64,000 bases of DNA from NCBI RefSeq assembly GCF_006345805.1, contig NC_042999.1, positions 171,678,001 through 171,742,000 on the forward strand, written 5' to 3'. Source of the DNA: Octopus sinensis. Taxonomy: Eukaryota. The notes beneath the pieces are model-generated. The model worked only from the letters and a program-made list of their open reading frames with translations. It was not told where the DNA came from and made no database searches. How positions within the stretch are numbered: position 1 is the stretch's first letter; each line of letters starts with the position of its first letter. Positions 63,332-64,000 of the stretch are shown piece after piece. Position numbers and translations under genes: made by a program.

Positions 63332-64000
63332 TTCAGTAGTTTTATTTTTTATAGCGTGCTTTCACTTCACTACCGAGCGCAGCTCTGTGTGCCTTGGGTA
63401 TGTGCTGTGATTTGTTGTGATGCTCTGATGGTTATTGTATGGAAAGTGTTCTGCGTAGGATGTGTGCAGTGCCTAGTAGTGCAATATTCTGTATGTTATA
63501 TGTGTTTGTAAGTCCTGGTGTTTTTGTTATGTATTTGTCTGAATATTTTTTTATAATGCCCAATGCACCTACTATGATAAGAATTGTTTCTGTTTTCAGG
63601 TTCCACATTCTGGTTACTTCTATTTCCAGTTCTTTGTATTTTGAGAATTTCTTTTAGAGACACGTTGTCATCAGCCGGTATTGATACATCAATTAGAAAG
63701 CATTTTTTTTCTTCATGATCACTGACAACTATATCTGGTCTGTTGGCCTTAATTTCTCTATCTTTGTGTTTCGGCATGTCCCAGAGTATGGTTGCTTTCT
63801 CGTTTTCTGTGACCTTTTCTGGTGTGTACCTATACGATCTTTTTTCTGTCGTTATTCCATAATGTTGGCATAGCTTCCAATGTATGTAGGTTCCAACTCT
63901 GTCATGTCTGTGAATATATTCCTTCTTAGCCAAGACTGGGCAGCTAGAGATAATATGATTTATTGTTTCTTGTCCATCTCCACATATTCTGCAGTTACTT
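63332..64000 (-). mobile_element. R4/Dong-like LINE 3' part (subfamily 3), runs off the window end
   Basis: AKKEYIHRHDRVGTYIHW..KANRPDIVV; near-identical to 10520-11098; (TTA)n at 63310-63332. Confidence 0.93.

Overview
AT-rich, microsatellite-saturated eukaryotic DNA. The SINE and LINE families look like those of Octopus (inference from recognising the repeats). No host protein-coding gene can be confidently identified; the window looks intergenic or intronic. Content: a near full-length R4/Dong-like RLE non-LTR retrotransposon (12.5-16.4 kb) plus seven fragments in (TAA)n tracts; two CR1/L2-type LINE families (39.0-42.4 kb with a truncated sister copy at 0.8-1.2 kb; 58.3-60.1 kb); a Penelope-like element (PLE) with an inverted terminal repeat (3.9-5.2 kb); two decayed mariner transposases; Helitron-like and TIR/foldback non-autonomous elements; and about 16 copies of two tRNA-derived SINE families. 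The most notable signal is a set of minimal type-I hammerhead ribozyme (HHR) motifs. Four lie on the same strand within 800 bp (5.1-5.9 kb), belonging to different short TA-flanked elements. In the PLE repeat the HHR sits downstream of a tRNA-like Pol III head and a (TAA)n tract. Most ORFs in the supplied track are microsatellite artefacts. All structures were read by eye and not computed.
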